Under the pieces are notes generated by a model. The model saw only the letters and a list, made by a program, of their open reading frames with translations, searched no databases and was not told the origin of the DNA. From the IMG/VR virus record IMGVR_UViG_3300011335_000604, positions 6,320 through 70,319 of that record: a stretch of 64,000 nt of DNA. One strand, given 5' to 3'. Both the position numbers and the translations under genes were made by a program. This document shows positions 18,601 through 28,783 of the stretch, piece by piece. Numbering within the stretch: the first letter of the stretch is position 1; each line of letters starts with the position of its first letter. The DNA is from a virus (Duplodnaviria; Caudoviricetes).

Positions 18601-20431
18601 TCATCTTCAGCTGACTGAACAGCTCATTGTTACGGTCGCCAAACGCCTTGTTATAGGCCTCCTGGTATGCTATGTTTATCTTTTCAAGGTCTTCCGCCGG
18701 GATGCCAGACGCTGCCGCTTTCTTTAACTCCTCGTCAGCCATCTTCAACATCGTGGCCTTCCTGTTTTCAAACGTGCTATTGTAGCGAGAGTATATCTTG
18801 TTAGCCTCGGCAAGGAGTTGTCCCTGGTCTGGAAGCAGGCTCTTAAAGTTTTCTGTAAGCCCTGCAAGCTGAGCGTTGTACTTGTTAAACGCGTCAGTAT
18901 ACGCGAGCTCGTCTACCAATCCATTTTGATAGTCTTCGTTGAGCTTTTTTACTTCTTCTTGTATAGCCGCAGCCTGCTCGTTGTACTCTAAGGAAAGTTG
19001 GTTAGCCTGCTTCTTTGCAACCGAAACGATAGCATCAACCTCAGTGTTGGCCTGGTCTTGGTACTGGTTAAACAAGGTCTCCAAATCAGAAACATACTTA
19101 GCGTTAATTTCCTCCTGGAACTTACCACTCTTGTATTTTTCCCTCAAGGAATACTCTTCGGGATGTTCCTCTTTGAAGTTCTCCTCGATGTCGTACCGAG
19201 CAGACTCAAACTGAACGCTTGCAGCCGCCTTGTCATAAAGAATACTAGCAGCCGTCCCTTTAGGGTCAAGGCCGTAGTGTTCTATAATCTTTGCAACCTG
19301 TTCATTTATCTTGCCGGCATCAATCGTGGTCTGGGTGATGTCCTCGTCCGGCTGAGTTATAAAGTGGGCGTATGTCTTCTCATTAAAATTCTCCTCAACG
19401 ATCTTGTCTATGATCTTTGTGTCTAAGGTCTCAGCCACATTATCACTTGCGATCTGCATCTTTTCCTGTATTCGACGCTCCGCTTCCTTTTTAATGTTAG
19501 CCCTCTTCTGTGGGTTTGGTTCATAAACCCCACCCGGCCAGGGTAAATCCTCGCCTACATACTTTTTCCAAAGGGCCTCGTTTTGAATTAACTTGTCGTA
19601 GTCTACGACCACGCCGTCTACGTTTGTCTTGCCAGACTTGTCGGTCACAACGTTTACACTCTTGGTAAAGTCTTCCAGCTCCTTATACTGGTCTGATGCC
19701 TCTTGGTATGCGGCCAGTTTTAATTTCTCGCCAACATAGTCATCCTTCTCCGGCTTGAACATCTCTTCCTGCGGCTTCTGCACGATTTCTCGTAACGCAG
19801 GCACGCCTCTTCCAAACTCCTGTTTTTTAGGAGCCTTTACTCCGGGCAGGCCTTCCTTTGGCTTGTTTACTTGTCGACCACTAAGTACAGCCTCAACTTC
19901 TTTTGTGTTCTTTGCAAACCACTCCCTGTTCCCCTTGTCCTCAGAATACAAGTTCTCTGGGTCACTGAAGTAGCTAAAAAGAGAATCGCGCTGAGCAATT
20001 ACGTTATCCTTGCTGCCGCCTATGGCTGAGCGCATACCCGAGGTCCATTTTTTAACCTCTTCTCCGCCCATGAGGTCTAGCTCATCCAGCATGCCATTGA
20101 TCTGGTCCTGCTTGTCTGAAAAGTGCTTGGTCGTATAGTCTACGTCCCAACCATCGTTCAACGCCTGGTCGGACTCCTTTAGAAAACTGTCGTAAACATT
20201 TTTGACATTGTAAAGAAGGGTCTTCTGGCGGTCTATGGACGCCTGGTCAATCCCGCCACTCTGCGTAGAAGGCTGCCCAGGCTGCTCTGAACCTTGAGTA
20301 GTACCCTCTTTTTTTTTTATAGGCACGCCGTACTCGTCAACCTCGACCTTAGCAGTTGTTGACTTAGCCGGCTTGGGTTTATCATCTAATGGCTTGATCG
20401 GAACCCCGAACTCGTCAAATTCTTCTTCCAT
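15608..20431 (-). CDS. Giant ejection/cargo protein (1607 aa)
   Basis: Coiled coils, Gly/Ala-rich membrane-like segments (PAMGTAALMGYLSGG; VAPVGILGAVAGA), N-terminal DEFGVPIK/DEYGVPIK repeat. Confidence 0.65.
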   Translation of the reverse strand: MEEEFDEFGVPIKPLDDKPKPAKSTTAKVEVDEYGVPIKKKEGTTQGSEQPGQPSTQSGGIDQASIDRQKTLLYNVKNVYDSFLKESDQALNDGWDVDYTTKHFSDKQDQINGMLDELDLMGGEEVKKWTSGMRSAIGGSKDNVIAQRDSLFSYFSDPENLYSEDKGNREWFAKNTKEVEAVLSGRQVNKPKEGLPGVKAPKKQEFGRGVPALREIVQKPQEEMFKPEKDDYVGEKLKLAAYQEASDQYKELEDFTKSVNVVTDKSGKTNVDGVVVDYDKLIQNEALWKKYVGEDLPWPGGVYEPNPQKRANIKKEAERRIQEKMQIASDNVAETLDTKIIDKIVEENFNEKTYAHFITQPDEDITQTTIDAGKINEQVAKIIEHYGLDPKGTAASILYDKAAASVQFESARYDIEENFKEEHPEEYSLREKYKSGKFQEEINAKYVSDLETLFNQYQDQANTEVDAIVSVAKKQANQLSLEYNEQAAAIQEEVKKLNEDYQNGLVDELAYTDAFNKYNAQLAGLTENFKSLLPDQGQLLAEANKIYSRYNSTFENRKATMLKMADEELKKAAASGIPAEDLEKINIAYQEAYNKAFGDRNNELFSQLKMTGQESVVPLYMARRSFMNGLGSYIKNMGNYLDSQDMKVMGETMQNEWSSAAPKVSDLGFNADDLYYNSQNVLGNMFGNMTPAMGTAALMGYLSGGAATGEAVAFMSGWIANWASETMSIAGQNGNAVLAKTGDVRRSEQAIARSIEAQKDIFLSYALDGLPLTKGGYRLVSGFGKGLGADISGRVARAGVGAGVEVLVETFAQEIPQNIAEENIVKFERDPWTDFGNMYSRERIKETLIGVAPVGILGAVAGARTGSLAQQRVDQANAFNDKATLLGGFEDQRRQYVQSLVFDKNENYARSIISSLYASGNIDENEAAEMQEQVTDANRIKKSADDAKLNNSQRNVYGFFSARADEARRNADKNADDPILEKLYRQQQAQYERTGSEYLQGKAPDMLTVTYADGTSMMMTPEDAKSLSTNKDFLDLLAKRRVSVAGYGKTQPILDEIQTSVNNHKTSNTWKAKAEKLTQMAKGVFEPARVDIEDRKAPTDKEVAKADKQVEQNYNNTADLLMAMKTGDQFLSTVVSNPLWGKLTDDKRNAIRSLSEQTKKDRQLLTDNDSESNEYKQARERISANEKAVYEILNGKTDDTQNIQGVPGQVGVGQEPVEGKPVEGAGTETTPAGGVLQEEEVTDPRQRVLNSITEQDFIDNAPAITTADIERIGANDKSKQQAIEKARKEAESAYAYLDGQKTAKEFLADNGYDVEGMSDEEAKKFADSDADYWKNKLSAEEAKGGKKPTKGGKKPARTNEAKMAQKEQESLELLDKGVQESQARIKQLIAEGATPEQAYAITEAEWKLTEDGKKYAALQEEIVKVGQEKPTAPSRKKKKAEAPKMPEVPTEGQQRIATINSLEEAIFKSAVGESEMSLEEVNEAKAKVAEMKKQNKQGGLTEAELAIKKALGEKVVTMTDVDKMVSEKKVKEKCPPGYKKAKDGMSFGFKPGGKWQVVKNFKGNSHENGGIDIEVVGGKLKYTDKDASAKAKNGMYWNMRGVDSDKK

Positions 20432-20435
20432 GCTA

Positions 20436-21749
20436 TTAGTCTTCTGTAATTGTTACACCATTTTTCTTGAGTATAGCCTCGTATTCAGCCACGTTGTTAT
20501 ATCTAGCAGCCGCTGCCTTTGCTGGTATTTCAGACCTTTTAATTGTCTTCTTGGAACCGGCAGCATTTTCAGCGTCCTTAAACGCGGTAAACATGTCTGG
20601 ATATCCTTTAATATCAAACTGGTCTTTATTCTCATTCGTGCCGTAGTCTACTACAACCTCAACAATCGAGTTGTCATCTTCAGCCTTTCCTTCGCCGATA
20701 ACTTCAATGTGACGATCCGGCCTCATCCTAAACCCACCTACAGGCTGGAAGTCTTTAATTCTTCGCCCGTCAGTACTCATTACGTAAACAGAGGGCGTGT
20801 TGTCGAGCAGTATCTTGTTGTATTTAAGCGTTTGATCATACTTAGGATTTCCGTCGTCACCCTTTGTGTCCGTGTCTACACCCTTGACTTTTATACTTGG
20901 TTTTTTACTCGTTGTGGTTCCGCTTCCTCCCGAGGTTGTTTTTGGCTTGTCCTTTGAACTTCTTTCATTCATAGACTTAAAAGCCTTCAGCGCGTCCTCA
21001 ACAAGCGCATCATCCGATGCGTAATCCCCACGCTTCAAGAGTGCGTCATAGTCATCCTTACCGACGTCGCTGTTTAGGTATATATCAAACAGGCTCTTGA
21101 ACTTCTCTTCGTCCTTGGTAGTGATAATTTGCTTGCCGACCGTGTTTGTTTCGAGTGGCATTTTATCATAAATACCCGAAACAATGTCTATCAAGTTTAC
21201 GTTCTTGAGGTATGGATCATTTTCCATTCTATACTTAGCGCGTTCAGTGGCAGACATGCTAGGGTCTGTATATGTCTTGAAAAACTCCGTAGCGTAGCCC
21301 TGGTCAAACTTTTTACCCGCATCGTTGTTGATGTTCAAGGTGTTCTTGTCCCAATACTCTTTGTTTCCCTTAGCCGCGTTTGCCTCTCTTATGAGTTCGG
21401 TCTTCAACTTATTTAACTCTCTCAACTCTTCGGGAGGCAAGTTAAATGGATCATATCCACGCTCTTTTAGTGAAATTACATGGTTGGTATAAGCCAAAGA
21501 CTTTTCGTTTACCTTCTCAAAGTCAATCTCCCAAACATCCGGAGTCTCTTCCATTAAAGAGTTCCATGCGTTTGATTTCTTTTGAGCCTCTAGTTTCCTT
21601 TGTTTTTCTTGTTCTCGGATGTCTTTTAGCCCTTGAGACATCAACTCAAGTGTCTTTGTTGCGTCTGGAACATAAGCCGCCCCCTTCCCATAGCCCGACT
21701 GTTCGCCGGCCATTCCTGTATAAACTCTTGATCCAACTGGTGCTGCCAT
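20436..21749 (-). CDS. Putative ejection protein (437 aa)
   Basis: Position between the pilot-like gene and the giant cargo gene; helical N-terminal half. Confidence 0.55.
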   Translation of the reverse strand: MAAPVGSRVYTGMAGEQSGYGKGAAYVPDATKTLELMSQGLKDIREQEKQRKLEAQKKSNAWNSLMEETPDVWEIDFEKVNEKSLAYTNHVISLKERGYDPFNLPPEELRELNKLKTELIREANAAKGNKEYWDKNTLNINNDAGKKFDQGYATEFFKTYTDPSMSATERAKYRMENDPYLKNVNLIDIVSGIYDKMPLETNTVGKQIITTKDEEKFKSLFDIYLNSDVGKDDYDALLKRGDYASDDALVEDALKAFKSMNERSSKDKPKTTSGGSGTTTSKKPSIKVKGVDTDTKGDDGNPKYDQTLKYNKILLDNTPSVYVMSTDGRRIKDFQPVGGFRMRPDRHIEVIGEGKAEDDNSIVEVVVDYGTNENKDQFDIKGYPDMFTAFKDAENAAGSKKTIKRSEIPAKAAAARYNNVAEYEAILKKNGVTITED

Positions 21750-21764
21750 TTTGCTATCTGTTTG

Positions 21765-22622
21765 TTATTGTGTAACCCAAGTTCCAAGTGTCGGGTCGTA
21801 ATATCCGCCGCCAAAACTATTTCCTAGCTGCCCCTGCCACATGTTTCCCATTCCGGATCCGGTTGTAGGCGTGCCGTAGTTACCAAAACTACCTGCCTGG
21901 GCACCGTAATTACTACCGTAACTTCCGGCCATGTTGCCAAAGTTGCCCATTGCCGAGGCAGCATTTGATGCGGTCGTGCCCGGAACAACACTAGCGGCAC
22001 TAGCAGCGTTAGCGCCAGAAAAACCACCAGCCTGTCCAAAACCTCCAGCCATCATCATGCCCCCTTGTATCAAGGTGTTGTACATGTTTTCTTTGTGTTG
22101 AATCGATGCCTGTTCAAGCGCGGCTGATTCAGCAAGTCCACGTGCATACGGGTTTAATTCGTTTTGCTCATACATGTATCTTCTCTGTGACGCAATTTGA
22201 GGCAACAACGACATCAAGGACCTTTGTTTTAACTGCTTCTGATTCTCTACAAAACTAGCCGTCTGTGAGGCCATGTCCGCTTCACCTGGCAAAATACTTT
22301 TTTCATACAGTCCTTGTAACGCCCCTATCTTAGCGGCAGAACCGCCACCGGCCATGTTTGAAATATCCCCGAGCATCCCAGAGGCTGCCGACATCTGTCT
22401 GTTTCTTAGTCCCGCAAGCTGAGGCATTTCTGTTGCCAAGCCTTGGTTCTCTATATCGGAATACATTTGCAAAAGCTCTGGATCCATTTCAGCCGTAGGC
22501 GTCGTTAGTCCGGAGCGGATTTCTTCGGCTTCTTTTTTAGCCTTGCGTGAAGAAATAGCGCTATCTGCTGTCTTAGCAATCAACGCTCCACCAGCTACAA
22601 GCAAACTAATTGTTATGGGCAT
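21765..22622 (-). CDS. Pilot/ejection protein (285 aa)
   Basis: Hydrophobic N-terminus (LLVAGGALIA) followed by a coiled coil and a Gly/Met-rich tail, typical of podoviral internal proteins. Confidence 0.6.
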   Translation of the reverse strand: MPITISLLVAGGALIAKTADSAISSRKAKKEAEEIRSGLTTPTAEMDPELLQMYSDIENQGLATEMPQLAGLRNRQMSAASGMLGDISNMAGGGSAAKIGALQGLYEKSILPGEADMASQTASFVENQKQLKQRSLMSLLPQIASQRRYMYEQNELNPYARGLAESAALEQASIQHKENMYNTLIQGGMMMAGGFGQAGGFSGANAASAASVVPGTTASNAASAMGNFGNMAGSYGSNYGAQAGSFGNYGTPTTGSGMGNMWQGQLGNSFGGGYYDPTLGTWVTQ

Positions 22623-23056
22623 GACTTATATTTTAGTTTAATAACATTTTTCATATCACATGCTTCCTTTTGCATGCCGTTTTTCTCTAACCACTTTATA
22701 GCTCGAGTGTTTCTTTCCCACATAAATGTAACAAAGTCCCCACCCATTGTTTCTACAATGTCTGCAAAAAAGCTGGATAAAAAGTCTTTGTTTCTGTACG
22801 CCTTGTTTACACCAAAGCTAACAAGTATGTCGTCAAAACAGTAAACAAATCCAGCCTCTTTTCCTTCCACCTTTACCTTTTTAAAGGTGCCGAAACAAAC
22901 ATCTTCCCAATCCATCAACTTCCCGTACACGTCCAGACTAATACCGTCCGGTGTCTTATCTTCCGCGTCGGGGTCGCAATGATTGCAAACATCGTCGTCC
23001 CCAACAAACGCGGCATAAATAGCACTATAGGATATTTTGGTATCCATTAACGGCAA
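22613..23056 (-). CDS. GNAT-fold protein (T7 gp13-like position)
   Basis: WERNTRAIKWLEKNG acetyltransferase motif; lies between the nozzle and ejection genes. Confidence 0.6.
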   Translation of the reverse strand: MPLMDTKISYSAIYAAFVGDDDVCNHCDPDAEDKTPDGISLDVYGKLMDWEDVCFGTFKKVKVEGKEAGFVYCFDDILVSFGVNKAYRNKDFLSSFFADIVETMGGDFVTFMWERNTRAIKWLEKNGMQKEACDMKNVIKLKYKSCP

Positions 23057-23058
23057 AT

Positions 23059-26000
23059 TTATGATAAAACGCCCTTAATTCCAACCGATACAAGCACAGA
23101 ACTTGAGTTATTAATTGCCGGGTTGTATTCCAACGTGTGGGTCAAAGCGTTTGCTCTGATGTCTTCACCATTGACCATGGCCCTTTCGCTCAGATACCAA
23201 CTACCCAAGACACCATTCGTGCCCGGCTCGTGCCCCGACAATGTTACCACGGTCCAGTCGTTTATGTCGTCGTAATTTGCAAACGTTACAACACCCGTAT
23301 AAATGTTGCCGTCGCCACCCGTGGATGTATCCGATTGATTTATTGTGATGTTTTCGTTGAGCAAGTCCTCTTGATTACCTCCAAGTATCCATCCGTTTGT
23401 GGGCTGGAGTGGGGGATCATAAGATGACGTAGACGTGTTGTTGTCGTTAAAGAACCTCGGGTCATACAAGTTCTTGCGATAATTTACCTTGCCATACCCT
23501 TCATAATTGCTTATCAAGTTAGCCGGCATCGTAGTCTTCATTCCTAACGGATAGCTACGGTTCGGCTCAGATTCGGCTGAAACAGAAAACAAGTCATCAG
23601 ATATCAACGTAATGTCTTGGTATCTCTTTATCATGAAAGGCTGCTCATTAGAAACAAACTTTATTTTTTGCACAAACGAGTCGCCATGGAAGTTCCATTG
23701 GTTTGGCTGATTGTGCAGGTACATTTGGTTGTTTGAGCCCCATCCGACGAGTGTCTGACCCAGGTTGCAGTACTGTTGGAAGTTGTAGTCATAAGTTGAC
23801 CTCCATCTCATGTTCACATAGTCAAACACGACATGGTCATAACTCATGTTGTTCGTGGTGTAGTAGTAACCATCCCTAGCATAATCTTGCGTAGACGGGG
23901 TTACTCCGTCGATCGTTATAAACGTGTAGTTAGATGGCTCGATGTATTCTACTTCTGTTATTGTTCCGCTATACGCGTTTCCGCTTTCTGGAAAAACAAT
24001 TACGATGTCATAATTATAAAGATATGTGAAATCTCCATTTAGAATTGTAAACTTGGGATCATTAGCAATAGGTGGAAAATAACGACCCCTAGCAATACCT
24101 GTGTATGGGACATCGAAACGGAATGCAAATCCAACCTCGCCCACGGACTCGTTTACGTAGGTCCTAACCACTGGAGATGAACTTGCGTTGTATGCGGCGG
24201 CCAGCTGTTTAGTTTTAGTCCTAAACTTGTAATCCTTACCGGTGTTCTGGTCTATTTCACTTACCGTAATTTGACCGTTACCGCCAGAATAAATAAATGA
24301 TCCGGAATTGTTGTCAAAATACATTACCGCGCCGTTTGGCAAAATTGCAGTAGCCCCTGGATTTTCACATCCAAACAAACTTTTGAAGTCAAACCATGAA
24401 GCGAATGTCCTGCCGGACACACGAACAGTTGAGTCCGAGCCGACCTCGTTGGGGTAGTACTGGATGTATATCGAGTTCTCTCTTTTTGGCTGTATGCACT
24501 TCAAGGTTTTACCTTCCCTACCAGACATGTATGTTCTAATCACGCCGCCGTAGGTCGGGTTCATCTCTTCTATGTTGCTGCTATCCAGCGAGAAGGAAGA
24601 CAGGTTGTTTACATTCGTGTCTACGATGTATGAACCGGAATGTATTGAAGTCGCGCTTAACAACTTGTTTTTTGCGTCCGGGTCCTGGATCCTAAACCTG
24701 CCCACCTGGTGTATATTACTTGACCAGAAGTCGGAATAATGCGGGTCTTCAATGTAGTAATAATAGTTCCTATCGCCACTCACATTGTATCCTGTTCCAT
24801 ATGGTCGCTGCTTCACATACACGTCACCGTAAGATGGTCTTACAGTACCATTTAATAGTAGCTCATTGTTTATCTCATCCCATTCCTGTGCCCTGTCTCT
24901 AGTTATAAAGAAGCGCATGGTCGGGTCTATAGCGACCAGTCCGGGAACGGTTAGCCTGGTTCTGTTGCCGGCATTTTCATACGTGGCACCCGTAATACTC
25001 CACTCGTCTTCTGCGGTAAGGACATCGTTAATGTATATCTGTACCTTCCATGAGTTTGGCGGATATCCTAACACATCCCAAGTAACGTCGCCGTAAATGT
25101 ATGCCTGGTAGTTTCCGGGAGGTCCACTTGGAAACTCTGCAACAAAGACCTCAAAGTCATTGAAGTTTATACCGTGAACCCTAAACTCAGTATGAGCGTC
25201 AAGTATTGGCATGGCTTCAGTTATGTCTTGCCAAACACCGATAAACAACTGACCGTTATCATCTATCTTGGGAGTAGGCGTGTATATCTCGATAAGCTGC
25301 CCCCACAAATTGCCTACGCCAGTTTGAACTGAAGCAGGGTCAAATGTTGTAGTGTAGATGACATCTCTCTGTGGATCGTCTGGGCTAATTCCAGAAGCAA
25401 AACCAGACGAGCCAGATGCTGGAACGTATTCCAAGACTTCAACTTCTACATAGGTGTTTAAATAGTCAACATCTTCGGCGTCACCAGGAGTAATGCTAGG
25501 CTTTCTTCTTATAAACCTTACCCTGTCACCAACCTTGATTTGATGCTGTATGCTTGCCCCTGTGACAAAGGTTGAATACCAGTTGTCTATTTCTAGCTTG
25601 TATCTTCCACCACCGTCACTCGAAATAGATACCGGGTCTTCACCTGCGGCACATATAACGTATTGGCCAAAGCTCAATATTTCCGTTTGCGGTTTAGTTA
25701 CAATCCAATATCTATCAGCCCAAACTGGGGGTTGATGAAATATATTTATTTGCGGAAAGGCTCTAAACGGGCTCTCTTGATTGTTGAAATTATAGTCATC
25801 CTCCAAATCCAATTCGGTAAACCATGGAATATAAAACTTCATGCTTTCCGAAGTCAGAACCGTGCCGTCTCTATACGCCCTGTCTCCGTATACAATACCA
25901 AACTGATGAGTGGCGCCAACCTTTAAAGATGAACCGGAATTTGTTTGACGCTCTACCCTTACACGCCCACTAGCAAATGGGGCGGTCGTAGCAAAGATAG

Positions 26001-27456
26001 AGCTGCTCCAAGACAACCGATACTCTCCAGTACCAATCGTTGTTATTGTGTAGGCTCCACCCCCACCTGTTTGCTGAGAAAAACTTTGACCTATTAATCC
26101 AAAGATGTATAGGTTTTGATCTAAAACTGTGGGGTATAAAAGGGCTGTGTTTATGTCAGTTAAGTCTAACTGGAATATGTAAGTTCGGCTATTTGTCCCA
26201 GGGCTTTGCAAGACAAACACCATCTTTTCTTGGTACCTAAAGAAATCATTCCAGTCACCGTATGCCAATATCTGTTGGATATAAGCCGTTCCAGGGCCAC
26301 CAAGGGGCCACTGAGATAGAAAATCTTGGGATGCGTAAGGAACCCAATTCAACTCCTTCAGTTCAAAAGATGCATTAGTAGACAGTACACTGCCTGGTGG
26401 TATTTCATTAATGTCTATCTTGTTGTACCCTTCCCGGAAGTTAGTATAAACTATTTGATTTGTAGGAAGGTATTCTTGGCAATTAGCTACAACAGGAAGC
26501 CGGTCGTAGTTCTTAAACGGCTCAATTAAAGGCTTGAGCACAGACTCTCCATAATAGACATATGTATATATCTCGTTGTCTGGAACTGCGTCTATGTTTT
26601 TATCTAACTCCAAAAACACGCCAAACGGAGGCAAAGTCCCAAACGTGTTGGGTGTATACTCCTGCACCGCTACATTTATCTTCCGAACAATCTTGGGTCC
26701 CGTTTCAAACGTGATGTTAATCCCGTTACTATTTGTGACGGCAAGGAAATTACCACCGGAAACAACCTCAGACTCTAACGGCAAAGCCAAATTAGAATAC
26801 ATTGACCATACACCAGGCTCACCATTCTCGTATATTGGCTGGACCATGAACCTAAAAAGTTTCCTGCCTAGCTTGTTGTCGATGCGAGTAGTGTCAGAGA
26901 TATAATTTACTCTGGGCGCATTTAATGGCCACTTGATTGCGTCTATAGTCTGCAAGTCAATAACGGTGTAAAACCCGTCAAGCACCTTGCGCAAACTTAT
27001 CTGATATGGCGGATTGAATAAACGTGTCCCGTCGTCTTCATACATCTGGTCGTCCCATCGTCCGTCAGTCCACTTCAATATGTCCTCTACAACATTTGCG
27101 TGATATATTGGCCAGTCGCGATCAAAATTCAAGACTGAATCCTGTATAAGAACTTGATGAAGTTGGGTGTCAAGATTGTAATACCAAATCTCATGAATTA
27201 AACTCGCCTTGTACACGAAGTACACTATTGAGTTTTCCTTTATCCAAGGAGTTGCGCCAAGTATTTGATCCTGTGGTAGAATTGACGAGTTTTCAACTAA
27301 CAGGGTTCCGTCTGAGGTCTCTACAGCAAAAGCATTACCGCTGTTGTATCCAAGGCGACAGTACGAAAAATCACGGTAGTCCCCCTTAGGCACACCCTGC
27401 GGAGTATCGTCGGTGTTTATGCCACCGCCAAAAGTTATTAACTCGTTGAAATTCAT
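23059..27456 (-). CDS. Tail nozzle / stabilisation protein (1465 aa)
   Basis: N-terminal FGGGINTDDTP...DYRD and ILKWTDG motifs typical of crAss-like/P22 gp10-like stabilisation proteins; beta-rich; follows the ring proteins. Confidence 0.7.
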   Translation of the reverse strand: MNFNELITFGGGINTDDTPQGVPKGDYRDFSYCRLGYNSGNAFAVETSDGTLLVENSSILPQDQILGATPWIKENSIVYFVYKASLIHEIWYYNLDTQLHQVLIQDSVLNFDRDWPIYHANVVEDILKWTDGRWDDQMYEDDGTRLFNPPYQISLRKVLDGFYTVIDLQTIDAIKWPLNAPRVNYISDTTRIDNKLGRKLFRFMVQPIYENGEPGVWSMYSNLALPLESEVVSGGNFLAVTNSNGINITFETGPKIVRKINVAVQEYTPNTFGTLPPFGVFLELDKNIDAVPDNEIYTYVYYGESVLKPLIEPFKNYDRLPVVANCQEYLPTNQIVYTNFREGYNKIDINEIPPGSVLSTNASFELKELNWVPYASQDFLSQWPLGGPGTAYIQQILAYGDWNDFFRYQEKMVFVLQSPGTNSRTYIFQLDLTDINTALLYPTVLDQNLYIFGLIGQSFSQQTGGGGAYTITTIGTGEYRLSWSSSIFATTAPFASGRVRVERQTNSGSSLKVGATHQFGIVYGDRAYRDGTVLTSESMKFYIPWFTELDLEDDYNFNNQESPFRAFPQINIFHQPPVWADRYWIVTKPQTEILSFGQYVICAAGEDPVSISSDGGGRYKLEIDNWYSTFVTGASIQHQIKVGDRVRFIRRKPSITPGDAEDVDYLNTYVEVEVLEYVPASGSSGFASGISPDDPQRDVIYTTTFDPASVQTGVGNLWGQLIEIYTPTPKIDDNGQLFIGVWQDITEAMPILDAHTEFRVHGINFNDFEVFVAEFPSGPPGNYQAYIYGDVTWDVLGYPPNSWKVQIYINDVLTAEDEWSITGATYENAGNRTRLTVPGLVAIDPTMRFFITRDRAQEWDEINNELLLNGTVRPSYGDVYVKQRPYGTGYNVSGDRNYYYYIEDPHYSDFWSSNIHQVGRFRIQDPDAKNKLLSATSIHSGSYIVDTNVNNLSSFSLDSSNIEEMNPTYGGVIRTYMSGREGKTLKCIQPKRENSIYIQYYPNEVGSDSTVRVSGRTFASWFDFKSLFGCENPGATAILPNGAVMYFDNNSGSFIYSGGNGQITVSEIDQNTGKDYKFRTKTKQLAAAYNASSSPVVRTYVNESVGEVGFAFRFDVPYTGIARGRYFPPIANDPKFTILNGDFTYLYNYDIVIVFPESGNAYSGTITEVEYIEPSNYTFITIDGVTPSTQDYARDGYYYTTNNMSYDHVVFDYVNMRWRSTYDYNFQQYCNLGQTLVGWGSNNQMYLHNQPNQWNFHGDSFVQKIKFVSNEQPFMIKRYQDITLISDDLFSVSAESEPNRSYPLGMKTTMPANLISNYEGYGKVNYRKNLYDPRFFNDNNTSTSSYDPPLQPTNGWILGGNQEDLLNENITINQSDTSTGGDGNIYTGVVTFANYDDINDWTVVTLSGHEPGTNGVLGSWYLSERAMVNGEDIRANALTHTLEYNPAINNSSSVLVSVGIKGVLS

Positions 27457-28187
27457 TATCCTAGATTAAATTCTGAACTCTGTGCAAGCGCGTCAATCAT
27501 CTCGCTTAGTCTAGGAGCCTTCACAAGCAAGTTGGCACTCCATTGTGCAGCCTCATACTGAATCTGTAACTCCTTGTATTTAGCCTTGTCGCTACTGTTA
27601 CCCTTATGCAGACAATATTCGCTCATCAAATATAAACGAAATGGCTCTGAATATGCGGTATCAATTAAGGTGTTCTCATCAACAGCGGCGCCGTTTGAGA
27701 AGTACTCAATAATTAACTGTCCGTCCGGTATGTTGTGGCTAAAAATGATGTTGTTGCCATCTATACGATAGTAGTTCTCATTCCGTCCACCGCCCACTGT
27801 GTAGTTAGGGAAGTTGTTAAAATAGCCAAAGTATCCCGTTGGGAAATATCCGTCCAACACCACTTGGTCGTCTTTATCACTCTCGCACTGGAAGAACTCT
27901 TCCGGGTAAGTTAGTGACGTGTCTGGGGTCAACGTCCAGATTCGACGACCAGACTTTAAACCAATTTTAGAGATGCGCATGCAGTCCCCGGGCATGGTAA
28001 ATACTCTCGCCCCATTATCAATCTTAGCGTAAATCGTCTTGAGTGACACGTTCCCGTCTAAAGGAGCCTTTTCACTCAAGTAGTCGATAGCCACCTGCGT
28101 CATCCACGTAAGTTCTCGTCCAACCGGATTTTTACCCAGGCGGTACAGGGCCGACGTGGCGATATATTTTATGTTCTTAATGGTCAT
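27456..28187 (-). CDS. Tail ring / adaptor protein (243 aa)
   Basis: Gene order; YYRIDGNNIIFS...LIIEYFS adaptor-like segment. Confidence 0.55.
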   Translation of the reverse strand: MTIKNIKYIATSALYRLGKNPVGRELTWMTQVAIDYLSEKAPLDGNVSLKTIYAKIDNGARVFTMPGDCMRISKIGLKSGRRIWTLTPDTSLTYPEEFFQCESDKDDQVVLDGYFPTGYFGYFNNFPNYTVGGGRNENYYRIDGNNIIFSHNIPDGQLIIEYFSNGAAVDENTLIDTAYSEPFRLYLMSEYCLHKGNSSDKAKYKELQIQYEAAQWSANLLVKAPRLSEMIDALAQSSEFNLG

Positions 28188-28783
28188 TGTCTAGCCCCCA
28201 TGTTTTGAGCGTCAATAGCATCGTTGTTTAGATCGTCCTGGAACTGCTGCGACATTAGCATCTGAACGCAAGCCTGGAACAAAACAACTTCACCCTTACC
28301 ATTTTCATCTCCGGGTATAATCAAGACGTCGTCGTCTTCCATTTGGTAAACGTTTGGAACCATGGTTACGGTTACATTCCCCTCTGGACGTCTGTTGAAT
28401 CGTAGCTTGTCCTTAAAAAGGATTGCTGCCGATTTGTTTCCGCCGCGCAAAATATTGATTGCCGTAGCCTCAGCCTTGGTCTGTACAATATATCCATTGT
28501 CTGAGGTAGACTCATCCTCTACGGTAAAAATTGCCATAGTCCCCGCAATAGGCTGTGGGAGCAAGGTCACATAGTAACCGCTGGCGTCGTTAGCAGGAGT
28601 AAATGTATACGGAACCGCCATGTCGCTCGCGTCATAAGGATTGCGCGACACGATGTCTGCTAGCGCCAAGTTCAACACCCGTGAAATAATTGAACGTGGA
28701 TACAAGCGACGCAAGTCTTCCGGAGTGTCTCCGCCCGTCAACTTGTGCTGTATTAACTCTATGACTTGGCGTTTTGTTATCAT
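28184..28783 (-). CDS. Tail ring / adaptor protein (199 aa)
   Basis: Gene order; translationally coupled to neighbours. Confidence 0.5.
   Translation of the reverse strand: MITKRQVIELIQHKLTGGDTPEDLRRLYPRSIISRVLNLALADIVSRNPYDASDMAVPYTFTPANDASGYYVTLLPQPIAGTMAIFTVEDESTSDNGYIVQTKAEATAINILRGGNKSAAILFKDKLRFNRRPEGNVTVTMVPNVYQMEDDDVLIIPGDENGKGEVVLFQACVQMLMSQQFQDDLNNDAIDAQNMGARQ

Noticed and set aside
5316-20431. Virion RNA polymerase among the giant proteins
   Set aside because: No DxDxD (e.g. DFDID) catalytic motif seen by eye; a profile search is needed to exclude it fully
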